Both the position numbers and the translations under genes were made by a program. From positions 1-57,905 of the IMG/VR virus record IMGVR_UViG_3300013006_000040: DNA of 57,905 nt; one strand, written 5' to 3'. Every line of letters starts with the position of its first letter. Within the stretch, counting starts at the first letter, position 1. Under the pieces are notes generated by a model. It was given only the letters and a program-made list of their open reading frames with translations. It searched no databases and was not told where the DNA came from. This DNA is from a virus. Lineage: Duplodnaviria > Caudoviricetes. This document shows, in pieces, positions 17,801-27,254 of the stretch.

Positions 17801-19367
17801 AAGTTAATAGTTTAGTATTTGCAGTGGGAGTTACTGGTGCTGTAGGAAGTGTAAAACTAGCTCCGTAAAGTGCGTTGGCTGTAACTAAACGGAAATTACT
17901 AATATAACCATTGTAGTCGGTAGATGTATCTAATCTTCTACCTATTGCAGCACTGTGAGATGTTCCTTGCCAGTTTGTATATATTTTTGTGTTGGCCAGT
18001 ATTCCATCCACAAACAAACTGGCACTATTGCCATTTTTAACTAAAGCTATATGTTTCCACACACCCAATGGTATAGCTTCAGCGGTGGTAATTTCATTTC
18101 CAGTTTGTTGGTTATCTATGACAATTTTACCTGCAGGATCAAGCGCTATAGCAAGAAGACCTGCACCGTCGCCTGGTGATTTTTGAGGCTGATATAATTT
18201 TACATCATTACTACCTGGTCTTGCGGTAACATTTATCCACATTTCTACAGTAAAATTTAAATCCTGTTTAAACATTGTGGTATCTGCTATGGATAAATAA
18301 TCTCCACTACCATCAAAAACTATACTATATCCTGATGCAAAAGGACTATTGCTTGATACTGCAGCGCCACCAAAAACTGTTACTGTCTTGTTTTGAATAC
18401 TATTATCAACTATTGTGGCGGATTGTGCTAGCAATAACTGCGTATTAGCTACAGATGTTAATGCCGATGTAGGTACAGTAAAATTTGAATATAAAGAATT
18501 GCCTACAACTACTCTTAAATCGGCAATGTGACCGTTTAAGAAAAAACCATCATTTGTTCTTCCAATATAGCTAATTGCGGAACCGTTTATATTTGCTGCA
18601 GAAGTAAATGCTGTGGCTTTTACAATACCGTTAATCCAAATATTTCTTATTCCTGCTTGTCTGGTAAAAGCAATATGTGTCCAACTACCTACAGAAACAT
18701 TACCTGCACCTGTTGTTAAATTTGAGGTACCATCTCCACCTTCTACGGTGCCGTCGGAAAAAAGAACTATACGTGGACCTGGCATATCTCCTTGATCAAA
18801 AACACCGTTATAGTTTGCTAATTGAAAAGGACGTACCCAGCACTCCACCGTGAAATCATATGTATAATAGCCCCATTGTTTTGAAGGTATATTTAGGTAT
18901 GGCCCAACAACGCCTGATGCGTAAAAGAGATCTTTTCCAGCAATAGGAGTATATAAAGAACCATATGTGGCATTTGCACCGTTATATGGAGTAAAATCTG
19001 AGGCTCTAATAGATGTACGTGAATCAGTTGTACCAAAATTGGCATTAACTATTTGCAAATCATTTCTAATATTACTGGCATCATAATTTACTATAGTATT
19101 GGCCAGGGGTGTATCTAATAATAAAGATACAGAATTCCAGTATACATCTCCAACCTGAGAATAAATTAAGTTTGTATTAACTTGAACATTTGTTTGTGTG
19201 TATGTAGTAGTTATTACAGCATTTGCCGCAGTATTACCAAATCCGTGCCATTCGGGTGTTGTCCCATTACGCGGAATCATTTTATAGATTACGTTTTCTA
19301 CAGGATTATACCACTCGTCGCCAAGTGCGCCGCTAGGTGGTTGAGTGTTTGATGTTATAAATGCCAT
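14838..19367 (-). CDS. Virion adhesin with five LamG/ConA-like domains and a C-terminal glycine-rich domain
   Basis: Five FT(V/I/A)(E/D)-x-W...W-x-H(V/I)A...G(Y/H)(I/L)...R repeats; polyglycine C-terminus. Confidence 0.85.
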   Translation of the reverse strand: MAFITSNTQPPSGALGDEWYNPVENVIYKMIPRNGTTPEWHGFGNTAANAVITTTYTQTNVQVNTNLIYSQVGDVYWNSVSLLLDTPLANTIVNYDASNIRNDLQIVNANFGTTDSRTSIRASDFTPYNGANATYGSLYTPIAGKDLFYASGVVGPYLNIPSKQWGYYTYDFTVECWVRPFQLANYNGVFDQGDMPGPRIVLFSDGTVEGGDGTSNLTTGAGNVSVGSWTHIAFTRQAGIRNIWINGIVKATAFTSAANINGSAISYIGRTNDGFFLNGHIADLRVVVGNSLYSNFTVPTSALTSVANTQLLLAQSATIVDNSIQNKTVTVFGGAAVSSNSPFASGYSIVFDGSGDYLSIADTTMFKQDLNFTVEMWINVTARPGSNDVKLYQPQKSPGDGAGLLAIALDPAGKIVIDNQQTGNEITTAEAIPLGVWKHIALVKNGNSASLFVDGILANTKIYTNWQGTSHSAAIGRRLDTSTDYNGYISNFRLVTANALYGASFTLPTAPVTPTANTKLLTLQYNGNFNNRNATVYDESQYRANLIKFGNVTMGTFSPNRPNTLNNSYLANVNGGSAYFDGSGDYIRDLSGTSNAAYTFTGDFTAEAWVYPRSLSGTYSLFCLGSENPDRYLASIINGQIVSSKQGNTATYYVGANVIGNTWSHVAFVRSNNTISAILNGNISTTSNVFLGNIGNGGFTLAGDSSASSPFYGYISGFRLAKQAVYTVGGNTPTRIPFTANASVIDTRPTANTSNSVYFNGGSYLVSSSSNVFGLGTGDFTIECWVNRTAWKNSDSTIVDFRQTGVSNQVKPSLQFAGVDSIRFSQGGGNRITTSGLRGNVWYHVALVRYNANTRLYVGGVPNSTTYVDTNNYGTGVQDIIIGQVGDNKSFSDGYFNGYITNLRITKGLALYTSAFTPITTPLTPTIFTGLANVTSLLTLQGSNVDNSGRGITFTNTGTIAGSPYSPFGTYVPEVLSTNTNLLLNFTSGGVIDYAGQGNFETANVGFTSNITPKFNKAIGPFVKAGTTQITVPHDPKYDFTEDTVPFTVDYWIYPTAFAGLNVNAYVIQKSALSGSGYPVWASKIATDGNVRFQIGDATGASTTQDILGNVGLIGNAWNHVAHTRNIANVLTTWVNGNIASMTFQNITVVSDNSRPLIIGNQTNGAGTGFDGYLENIRVTNGVCRYTAPFTPDRANTYLGYLVLFSSSTSTTTTVSIVAAPNVTATVVPTRATTVNYLIVAGGGAGGGGNGGGGGGAGGLLSGTISVTPGSPYTITVGAGGATQTANGTPSTALTLTATGGGGASGETGPGPSPIASPGGSGGGGGSAGSTNHTGGSGITSPVRQGYPGGNGLTDGGSLRNGGGGGGAGNVGGAASPTQGGPGGIGFDSNIAGTSTYYAGGGGGGNYGSATVPLGGSGGGGNGGIGPTAPPFAGIPTSQGSAGLTNRGGGGGGGGNSYPSGGASGGSGVVIISYPTAFILASNTGSNVLVTTVGGNNIHAFYASGNITF

Positions 19368-19372
19368 ATTAA
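19303..19372. repeat. ~70-bp direct repeat, copy 1 (gene start)
   Basis: Matches 20393-20462 except at one base. Confidence 0.92.
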
Positions 19373-20457
19373 CGTAAACTACTAGTAAAAATTATTGTTC
19401 CGGGTGAAGAAAACTTGTATATTAAATTTCCTGAAGTGTTTGAGAGTATTACATTACTACCTGTTACTGTTGCGTTTGCGTATAATATAGGATGTGAAAA
19501 TATAACTACACCCGAACCGCCTGCGGCACCCGCACCACTATATCCTGAACCTGTTCCGCCACCCCCACCTGAGAATGCCGTGCCTGCTGTTCCAGCAGTG
19601 GTACTGGGACCGTTTGCACCATTACCGCCACCACCTAGACCCCCTGCAGTAGGGCCAGAATTAATATGACTACCGCCACCCCCACCACCTGCATAATACT
19701 TAGGTGATCCTTCTATATCTAAATTAATACCAATACCGCCTGCAGGAGAATATCCTCCTCCTGGGGCAGGTTCACCCACTCCCCCTGCGCCACCACCACC
19801 GCCTCCCGATCTGCTTGCGCCCGAACCTGCACCTGCTACTCCTGGATATCCCTGAGCACCGGTCGGCGTGTAAAATAATGCTGCTGGACTAGGAAAACCA
19901 GATCCAACACCGACTGTTGTACTTTCCCCGGGTGCGCCACCACCCGAACCACCACCATGCACAGGTGCATTGTATCCCGCAATTGCTCCCCTACCTGCGC
20001 CTCCACCAAATGCAGTTAAGGTAAGTGCACCGCCGATAATTGTTGTGGGTGTGCCTGTAGTAGCACTTGTCGGATCACCTCCGGGACTTGCCGCACCTCC
20101 ACCGCCTACTGTAATTGCATACGGAGTTCCTGAAGAAATAGATAATGTATTACTTGTTAATACGCCACCAGCACCACCTCCAGAACCAGCATTACCTCCG
20201 CCACCGCCACCGCCGGCGATTGCAAGGAATCTAACGGAGGATAGCGGTGAAATTGCTGGCGGAGTCGGAGGAGCAGTATATGGAGCATTAGCATAAAGAT
20301 AATTTACTCCATTAAATGCAGGTATATTATATTCAACCCAAGATGCAGTTGTTCCGTTTAAAGGAACAAGCTTATATATTTTATTAGTGAGGGGATTATA
20401 CCACTCGTCGCCAAGTGCGCCGCTAGGTGGTTGAGTGTTTGATGTTATAAAAGCCAT
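19369..20457 (-). CDS. Glycine-rich virion adhesin/tip protein
   Basis: First 22 aa identical to 14838..19367; one Gly-rich domain. Confidence 0.85.
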   Translation of the reverse strand: MAFITSNTQPPSGALGDEWYNPLTNKIYKLVPLNGTTASWVEYNIPAFNGVNYLYANAPYTAPPTPPAISPLSSVRFLAIAGGGGGGGNAGSGGGAGGVLTSNTLSISSGTPYAITVGGGGAASPGGDPTSATTGTPTTIIGGALTLTAFGGGAGRGAIAGYNAPVHGGGSGGGAPGESTTVGVGSGFPSPAALFYTPTGAQGYPGVAGAGSGASRSGGGGGGAGGVGEPAPGGGYSPAGGIGINLDIEGSPKYYAGGGGGGSHINSGPTAGGLGGGGNGANGPSTTAGTAGTAFSGGGGGTGSGYSGAGAAGGSGVVIFSHPILYANATVTGSNVILSNTSGNLIYKFSSPGTIIFTSSLR

Positions 20458-20462
20458 ATTAA
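20393..20462. repeat. ~70-bp direct repeat, copy 2 (gene start)
   Basis: Matches 19303-19372 except at one base. Confidence 0.92.
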
Positions 20463-22423
20463 AATAAAATATTACCAGATGTTATAAAAGTATATATGGT
20501 GTATCCATTTGCAGTTGTGTAAGTTGCACCACTTACAATAGTTGCATTAGGATAAAGACTGGGATATCTTAAAACAGCTATACCTGAACCACCTGAACCA
20601 ACTATAAATCCTGGGTTACCGCCGCCTCCACCGCCGCCTCCAGTAAAGTTTACTGCAGAGTTAGCATTACCATTGGCTACACCCCCAGCACCACCTCCAC
20701 CTGCACCACCTGTTGCAACAGCAGGCTGCGGCTGACCTGACCCACCTCCACCACCTCCACCATATGCAACATTAGAACCTGTTATGGTAGAATATATGCC
20801 AGTGCCTCCGGCGCCCGCTTGACCCGTCGGCGCAGAAGTTCCAAGTCCCCCCGCACCGCCGCCGCCACCTGCTCTATCGTAACTAGAATTGTCTGATGTT
20901 CCAGTACCGCCAGGGTAACCTTGTTGTGTTGGTCCAAGATATCCAAACCCACTACCTGCAGTCGCTCCTTTAGAACTTGCACCGCCCCCAGATCCGCCAC
21001 CTGTACCTATGAATGGTAAATTTGCTTCTGGATATGCTCCACCGCCAGGGTCTTCTTTTGATGATCCTCCGCCGCCACCTCCATATGCTGTAAATAATGT
21101 GGTTGTGGGAGTAGATAATATAGTACTAACACCCGTACCGCCTTGAATATTTGCTATGCCTGCCGTTCCACCTGCGCCAACTGTAATCGTATATAGTGTA
21201 TTTGATGTAAATGTAGTGGTACCTTGAAGTAAGCCCCCAGCGCCACCTCCGCCACCCCATCTAAATCCTCCACCGCCGCCTGCACCAACTAACAGATAAT
21301 CTACAGGAATAGAAGATAATGTTGAATCTGATCTGTATCTTACTATAACAACACCTGAACCACCATTGCCACCAATATTAATTGCTGGAGTTGGAGTATT
21401 TCCATTTCCACCGCCTCCGCCGCCACCGCCACCAGAATTTGTAAATGCAGGAAGTCCTAATGAATTTATGTTGCCGCCTCGACCGCCACCTCCAGTTCCA
21501 CCTGTTCCTGAACCAGCAGGTATTGTTGGCCCAGCGGTAGCTCCACCGCCCCCTGCCGCAAAATATGCAGACCAACCATTGATACTTGAAATTTTACCCG
21601 GACCACCTGTTCCTCCAGTATTAGGACTTCCCGCACCGCCTACGCCGCCGGCTCCTCCGCCACCACCGCCAGCACCTGCTCCGTCTGTTGCTTGATTGGC
21701 ACCTGCAGGAAAACCTTGTGCAGGATTTAATGACGGGGTTCCTGCATATGGGGTATTACCTGTTCCGCCAGCACCTGCAGCACCGCTCGATGCGCCTTGT
21801 CTGCCCTGGAATGTAGGAGGACCATAAAAACCACCACCGCCACCATATATGGCTTCAAATACACCGGCATTTAGGTTTGCAAATGTAGATGTACCATTTG
21901 ATCCATATCCTGCAGGTGCAGATGTAGTAGTTCCGCCAGCGCCACCAGCACCCACAATAATTGAATATGTTCCAGATTTTAAATTTGAAACAAATATTTC
22001 TCTAAACCCACCAGCGCCACCGCCACCTCCAGTACCGCCTCCGCCACCGCCACCGCCACCAATCAATAAAACTTGTGCAGTATTATATGCTGGGCCGACA
22101 CCAATACCCATTGTAACTGCAAATGTAGAAGATGCATTGAAGGTATGATATGTATACCCATTTGCTGTGAATATATTGCCACCTGTGGCAGTTATCCAAT
22201 CGGAAAATGTTTGCGAAATAGATGATGTGGTTATAGTAGTATTGTTACTGATATTTGGAACAATAACATTACCGACTAACGTGTTTGCTCTGTTTATAGT
22301 AACATAGGTAAGAGCAGTACCTGAGAAAGCGACGAGTTTTCTTAATTCGTTGGTATTTGGATTAAACCACTCGTCACCTAAACTACCACCCGGAGGTTGT
22401 GTTGCCGATACTACAAATGCCAT
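20459..22423 (-). CDS. Glycine-rich virion adhesin with two Gly-rich domains
   Basis: MAFVVSATQPPGGSLGDEWFNP N-terminus; two polyglycine domains. Confidence 0.85.
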   Translation of the reverse strand: MAFVVSATQPPGGSLGDEWFNPNTNELRKLVAFSGTALTYVTINRANTLVGNVIVPNISNNTTITTSSISQTFSDWITATGGNIFTANGYTYHTFNASSTFAVTMGIGVGPAYNTAQVLLIGGGGGGGGGTGGGGGAGGFREIFVSNLKSGTYSIIVGAGGAGGTTTSAPAGYGSNGTSTFANLNAGVFEAIYGGGGGFYGPPTFQGRQGASSGAAGAGGTGNTPYAGTPSLNPAQGFPAGANQATDGAGAGGGGGGAGGVGGAGSPNTGGTGGPGKISSINGWSAYFAAGGGGATAGPTIPAGSGTGGTGGGGRGGNINSLGLPAFTNSGGGGGGGGGNGNTPTPAINIGGNGGSGVVIVRYRSDSTLSSIPVDYLLVGAGGGGGFRWGGGGGAGGLLQGTTTFTSNTLYTITVGAGGTAGIANIQGGTGVSTILSTPTTTLFTAYGGGGGGSSKEDPGGGAYPEANLPFIGTGGGSGGGASSKGATAGSGFGYLGPTQQGYPGGTGTSDNSSYDRAGGGGGAGGLGTSAPTGQAGAGGTGIYSTITGSNVAYGGGGGGGSGQPQPAVATGGAGGGGAGGVANGNANSAVNFTGGGGGGGGNPGFIVGSGGSGIAVLRYPSLYPNATIVSGATYTTANGYTIYTFITSGNILF

Positions 22424-22432
22424 AGTACATTA

Positions 22433-25324
22433 TTAAGCTTGTGCTTCTGTCCAGCTGATACGAGCGTTGATGTTACCTGTTGCCTGCAATGCAGTAGCAC
22501 AAATTGTAATCATATCAGGACCATCAGGATACTTGTTTAATAAAGTATTTGCTTGTAGCGATGTTCCGCCACCCAATATGCTTGTACCAAGATCTCTGGC
22601 CAACGCCATGTCTTGCTGTGTTTGACCTGCAGATTGTGTAAAGAATGAGAACATATTCTCACCACCAATAATTGTTGTTCCTGGTGTATGTAGAATATAT
22701 TGTGCCAAGCTTGAACCACCAAGATTTACCCATGAACCTGCGACAGGTGTTCCATTTAGAATAACGTCAACACGATAAGGTCCGTTTGTTAACGCATCCA
22801 TTTGGCGTAAAACCAATTGCATACGATTAACAATTTCTCTTTGACCAAGTAATCCAATAAAACCATTATCTACACTAGGTGCTATTCTCAAACTTATAAG
22901 AGCAATTCTTGTGTTGATTGGAGGATTTTGTACACTAGTATTTTGACCAATGTTAAACACCAAAGATTTATCATCGTCATATTTACCATCCATAATAACA
23001 GATGAACCCCAATGACTAATTGTTGCTGCAACTTGCGGTGAATATAACGATACCTGATGCGGCACATTTGCTGCATATGTAAATGACGATGCTGTTGTTA
23101 TTCCGCCTGGAACTGCTCTGGCTCCAATTGTTAAAACATTGCCTGTTCTTGCTGAATATGAAATATATTCAATATTTGCGTTAGTATCACCCGATTGCTG
23201 TACTACAACTGTTCCTACATTCGGGAATAAATTGGCATCTACAACTGTTATTGTTCCACCTGTTGTTGCCGAACTTAATAGACTTGCTCCAAGTGTGGAT
23301 GTTGGAGGGAATGTAGTTGTTTCATATCTTGCAGGCAAATTACCAGAACGCATATATGCCTCAGTATTTACGTTGTTATTTGCAATACGATGGCAATATA
23401 CAACCTCGCCTCTGGCATTCTTGAAGCCATATCTAATTGCTCCTGCACCATACCAAGTATAATCGATATAGAACATTTGCATTCTTGCCAAATCTATATT
23501 ATATAAACTATGACCTGTGCCATCTAGTCTGTCAATGTTCCATTGACTTTGTGGTGTTTTAACATCAACGGTTTTACTTACGTAACAGTTTTGAGATGTA
23601 ACTCCTCTGTATTCTGGAGAAATTCCAATTTGAGTGTCCGACATAATAGATTCAACTATATAACTAGTACCACGAATAACGATTCTATCATTAGGTACTA
23701 ATTGAGTACCAAATTTAGTTTTCAATCCTGTTACTATAGGAGAACCTGTAATGACTGATACTGATCCTGATATTTGTAGTGTACTAGATCTCTTAACAGC
23801 ATATAGTTGTTGACCATCGAATTCAAAGAAGAATCCGTTTTGTTCGTCGTACATACCGATTCTGCTTCTTGAACCATACCAAGAATTTGGACTAACTGTA
23901 ATCGGGAATCCTGATGCAGGAGTTGCTGTAGGAGTAGTTGCTGCAGTATATGTAAATGATGTCTGTCCTGGTACAGATACAACATTAAATGAACCATTAT
24001 AAGCTGTTTCTGTAGCTCCCGATACTGTAATATTTGCGCCAACACCCATTCCGTGTGGTATTTTAGTAGTTACAGTTACAGTAGTTCCGCTTGATGTTAA
24101 TTCATCCACTGTTAATGCAGGTTTCATAATAGAACCTGTACTAAATTGAACACCCTTACCTGATTGATACCGGAAATATCTACGTGTTTGTCTGATAAAT
24201 TGTGCGTTATGGTATGGTGTTTGGTTTGTAAATTGAACACCTCCATCATATGGTCTATGTTCTACATAACCAGGGTGTCTTGCATATAAAACGTTACCTA
24301 GACTACTTGCTGCTATTGTTGCTGCACCAGGTGTGAATGTAGTTCCTACAAAACCATTTGCAATTAATGTATTAGTAGTAGGGGTGGATGTAACAGTCCA
24401 TAGACCGTTTAGACCAGTGACACCTGTACCTGTTACACCTGAAGTATTAGTAATAAAAATACTACCACCTGTACTTAAATTGTGTGCATTTGCAGTTGAT
24501 ACGTAAATTGCATTAGTAGTAACTGATACGTTGTTTACACGAATTGCTGCGTTAGAATAAAATGCTCCAGCAAATACATATGTCTTTGTAGGATCATATA
24601 ATACGTTTGATGGAATAGCAGTTGTTCTATATGAGAAATTTACGTTAGCTGTTAGTGTGTCAATAACATACCAACCGTCTGCATTTGCCACATCAAGTGT
24701 ACCTTGAACGAAAATTGGTTGACCTACATAAATGTTTGGCGTAACTGTGTCTGTTATACTAACAACGACTTGTGTGTTGCCGCCACCTGGACCGAATACG
24801 TTTGATATAGTTAAGGCTCCAGTTTGTCCTGCATTTGCTGCAGGTATTGCTGGCGCACCCGCAGAGGAATAAAATGCGATTGGTCTGTTATTAATTAAAC
24901 CAATACTTTCCCACTTTGTTGGCTGTACACCATATTCAAAGTCTGTGTCGATTAGAGACTGTGGCTCCGAAACTCTCATCTTGCCTACAGGATCAAGTTG
25001 TGTTTCCGCCGGAGTAACCTCTGTATATGTTTCTTCAACTAAAATTGCCAACTTATCTGTACTGCTCATTGCAGTAGTATTATAAGCCAACAGAATAGTT
25101 GTTGTTTCCAAAGCAGTACCTTGCCCAGGAACACCCGTAGCAGTTACTGAATTAACATAAGATGTAGCACCTAAATTAGGATCGCTAAAATTATAGATTA
25201 CAGTATTACGTGTTACGTTAGTAATCAGTAATAATTGTTCTCTGCGGATGTTCTTGCCTGTTACTACAACCGATCTTGTGGACGGTGTAAATGAGTAACT
25301 TTCTAATATTACGTGCTTTGCCAT
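22433..25324 (-). CDS. Large virion structural protein (963 aa)
   Basis: LLLITNVT...IYNFSDP N-terminus, GKMRVSEPQSLIDTDFEYG and RQTRRYFRYQSGKG motifs seen in T4-like aquatic phage structural proteins. Confidence 0.75.
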   Translation of the reverse strand: MAKHVILESYSFTPSTRSVVVTGKNIRREQLLLITNVTRNTVIYNFSDPNLGATSYVNSVTATGVPGQGTALETTTILLAYNTTAMSSTDKLAILVEETYTEVTPAETQLDPVGKMRVSEPQSLIDTDFEYGVQPTKWESIGLINNRPIAFYSSAGAPAIPAANAGQTGALTISNVFGPGGGNTQVVVSITDTVTPNIYVGQPIFVQGTLDVANADGWYVIDTLTANVNFSYRTTAIPSNVLYDPTKTYVFAGAFYSNAAIRVNNVSVTTNAIYVSTANAHNLSTGGSIFITNTSGVTGTGVTGLNGLWTVTSTPTTNTLIANGFVGTTFTPGAATIAASSLGNVLYARHPGYVEHRPYDGGVQFTNQTPYHNAQFIRQTRRYFRYQSGKGVQFSTGSIMKPALTVDELTSSGTTVTVTTKIPHGMGVGANITVSGATETAYNGSFNVVSVPGQTSFTYTAATTPTATPASGFPITVSPNSWYGSRSRIGMYDEQNGFFFEFDGQQLYAVKRSSTLQISGSVSVITGSPIVTGLKTKFGTQLVPNDRIVIRGTSYIVESIMSDTQIGISPEYRGVTSQNCYVSKTVDVKTPQSQWNIDRLDGTGHSLYNIDLARMQMFYIDYTWYGAGAIRYGFKNARGEVVYCHRIANNNVNTEAYMRSGNLPARYETTTFPPTSTLGASLLSSATTGGTITVVDANLFPNVGTVVVQQSGDTNANIEYISYSARTGNVLTIGARAVPGGITTASSFTYAANVPHQVSLYSPQVAATISHWGSSVIMDGKYDDDKSLVFNIGQNTSVQNPPINTRIALISLRIAPSVDNGFIGLLGQREIVNRMQLVLRQMDALTNGPYRVDVILNGTPVAGSWVNLGGSSLAQYILHTPGTTIIGGENMFSFFTQSAGQTQQDMALARDLGTSILGGGTSLQANTLLNKYPDGPDMITICATALQATGNINARISWTEAQA

Positions 25325-25328
25325 TTCT

Positions 25329-25796
25329 TTAGTCTCCTAATACGACTCCACCCGCCGTAAACGGGTAACGTCTTGTTTGAATTGTTCTACTGATGTTTCT
25401 GATAATTATTGAGCAATCGTTGCCTGGGGAAGGTGCCACATAAAATACGATACTGTCGCCTTCTACTCTGTAACCTTGTCTAAATGAATCATATGGTGTT
25501 AGCCAGGGGTAAGTTGTTTGACCTATATATGGCTTGACGAGTTGGCCACCCATTGAAACATCTAAATCTTTTGAATCTAATATTGAAGTATTTATAACAT
25601 TCGACACAGCCAATGTATCGACTGACAATGTAAAAACTGTTTTATCTCCGTCAAATTGTGGAGAAATATCATCCATTACTAAAGGTAGCGCAAAACCATT
25701 TGCGGCAAATGTACCGTCTGGTTGGACAGTTACAACCGCACCAACACTTGCCGTGTTCGGTACTTTAATCTGTGTTAGTAATATTTGTGTTGACAT
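25329..25796 (-). CDS. Virion structural protein (fibre-associated)
   Basis: DDISPQFDG-x-KTVFTL...IVFYVAP beta-domain motif. Confidence 0.7.
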   Translation of the reverse strand: MSTQILLTQIKVPNTASVGAVVTVQPDGTFAANGFALPLVMDDISPQFDGDKTVFTLSVDTLAVSNVINTSILDSKDLDVSMGGQLVKPYIGQTTYPWLTPYDSFRQGYRVEGDSIVFYVAPSPGNDCSIIIRNISRTIQTRRYPFTAGGVVLGD

Positions 25797-25802
25797 TTTT
25801 TT

Positions 25803-26720
25803 TTACGTGTTATACGTCCCGGGGCCGATGTATGTTATTACTGTTTTGCTGCCGGCAGTTGTGATACTAGAAGAACCTGGAGCAGAACCCGGATATTTTG
25901 CAGTAGGTATAGCTATAATACAAGCGCCGCCCCCACCCTGGCCGCCCACCATGGTTGGGCTATTTCCAGGTCCCATATTGCCAGGTACTGCTCCATTACC
26001 TGTACCTGGAGCGCCGGCTATCCCTATAGCGGGAGAGGTCCAGATTTGCGGATTAGTATTTCCACCTCGCCCATATGTAACAGTATTAACTGGCCATGTA
26101 TAACCTGCGCCACCTCCGCCACCACCCGTGCCTGGGTTAGGACCCTGGCCGCCAGCACTGGTTGCCCCACCGCCACCATAACCAGCCGAACTACCTCCGG
26201 GGCCGCCCCCTGGGTTTCCTAAATTCTGCGTTATAAAACTATATGAAGGTCCTAGATTTTGCAAGGGTTGTATACCGACACCAAATGCGCTAAAACCGCC
26301 CCCACCAGAACCACCTGGGCCGCCAGTATAAGTAACCGAAAGAGGAGATCCACTCGAACCTCCGCCTCCACCCACAGCGTTGATCGGCACACCCGGCCCA
26401 GTGTAAGGGGTTGTTAAATAACTATTTGACCCCATACCGCCAACGAAGCTTCCCGTGCCCCCACCACCTATAGTAAATGTAACAGGAAAAGATGCTCCTC
26501 CACCTGGCACATTAAAAGACCCAACTACTACGCCTCCGGCGCCACCCGCAGATCCTTGACCATATGCTGCACCATTACCGTTGCCCGCGCCGCCACCCCC
26601 ACCTACAAGCAAAAATTCTAGTGTCCATGGCGAATTACTACTGATGGGAAGAAGACTTGCAGAATTTAATCTGTTAATAGGATTAGCAAAATTTCTTGCC
26701 GCGTGGCGCTTAGTGGACAT
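25803..26720 (-). CDS. Glycine-rich tip protein, cassette A3
   Basis: Arg-rich N-peptide ending RLNSASL; one Gly-rich domain; TAATG overlap with the adaptor gene. Confidence 0.82.
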   Translation of the reverse strand: MSTKRHAARNFANPINRLNSASLLPISSNSPWTLEFLLVGGGGGAGNGNGAAYGQGSAGGAGGVVVGSFNVPGGGASFPVTFTIGGGGTGSFVGGMGSNSYLTTPYTGPGVPINAVGGGGGSSGSPLSVTYTGGPGGSGGGGFSAFGVGIQPLQNLGPSYSFITQNLGNPGGGPGGSSAGYGGGGATSAGGQGPNPGTGGGGGGAGYTWPVNTVTYGRGGNTNPQIWTSPAIGIAGAPGTGNGAVPGNMGPGNSPTMVGGQGGGGACIIAIPTAKYPGSAPGSSSITTAGSKTVITYIGPGTYNT

Positions 26721-27052
26721 TAATAAATCTCTGAGCCAAAAACGTTAAAGGATACATTACCCTGAAAAGAATAAACTTGTATTGTATCTGTTGCATCTAA
26801 AGTCATACCCATTGTTAATCCAATTGCATCTTGTGCTGGTAATGCTGTATCATATGCAATATATGAATTAGATGGAGTGGGAGTAATACCTCCCCTTAGT
26901 ACTGCAATTCTAAATGTTACATTAGTTGCAGATGTGTTACATATATTTAATGTGGAAATAACAGCGCTATTTCCCGCAGGTACCGTATATAATGTCGCAT
27001 TTGCGTTTGCCGCAGGAAAAGCTTGCCCGAGAATTTTATATTTAATTGCCAT
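26720..27052 (-). CDS. ~110-aa fibre adaptor-like protein, cassette A3
   Basis: Paralog of 43920..44249 and 46471..46803 (KILGQ...YTVPAG...ALPAQD...YSFQGNV...FGSE). Confidence 0.85.
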   Translation of the reverse strand: MAIKYKILGQAFPAANANATLYTVPAGNSAVISTLNICNTSATNVTFRIAVLRGGITPTPSNSYIAYDTALPAQDAIGLTMGMTLDATDTIQVYSFQGNVSFNVFGSEIY

Positions 27053-27061
27053 TTTGTTTCC

Positions 27062-27223
27062 TTACATTCCTGCCAATAGGAATGGACTTAATGTTTCTAT
27101 TACAAGTATGGGTTGACCCAATGAATTAGTAGATGTAGTTACTCCACCGCCAGTAAGTGTTGCCTGAATCGCAATAATTGCATTCGGGGATAGACCGTCT
27201 TGTTGAATTTGTGTTAGAGCCAT
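27062..27223 (-). CDS. 53-aa mini-shaft protein, cassette A3
   Basis: Not in the track; hand translation MALTQIQQDG...IETLSPFLLAGM*. The C-terminus matches HPFLLSLL* and NPISFMLSGL* of the longer shaft genes; it lies behind TATAAATA. Confidence 0.8.
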   Translation of the reverse strand: MALTQIQQDGLSPNAIIAIQATLTGGGVTTSTNSLGQPILVIETLSPFLLAGM

Positions 27224-27246
27224 GATTTTCTCTTATGTTATACTTA

Positions 27247-27254
27247 TATTTATA
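27247..27254 (-). promoter_or_regulatory. T4-type late promoter
   Basis: Exact TATAAATA 23 nt upstream of the ATG at 27223. Confidence 0.8.
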
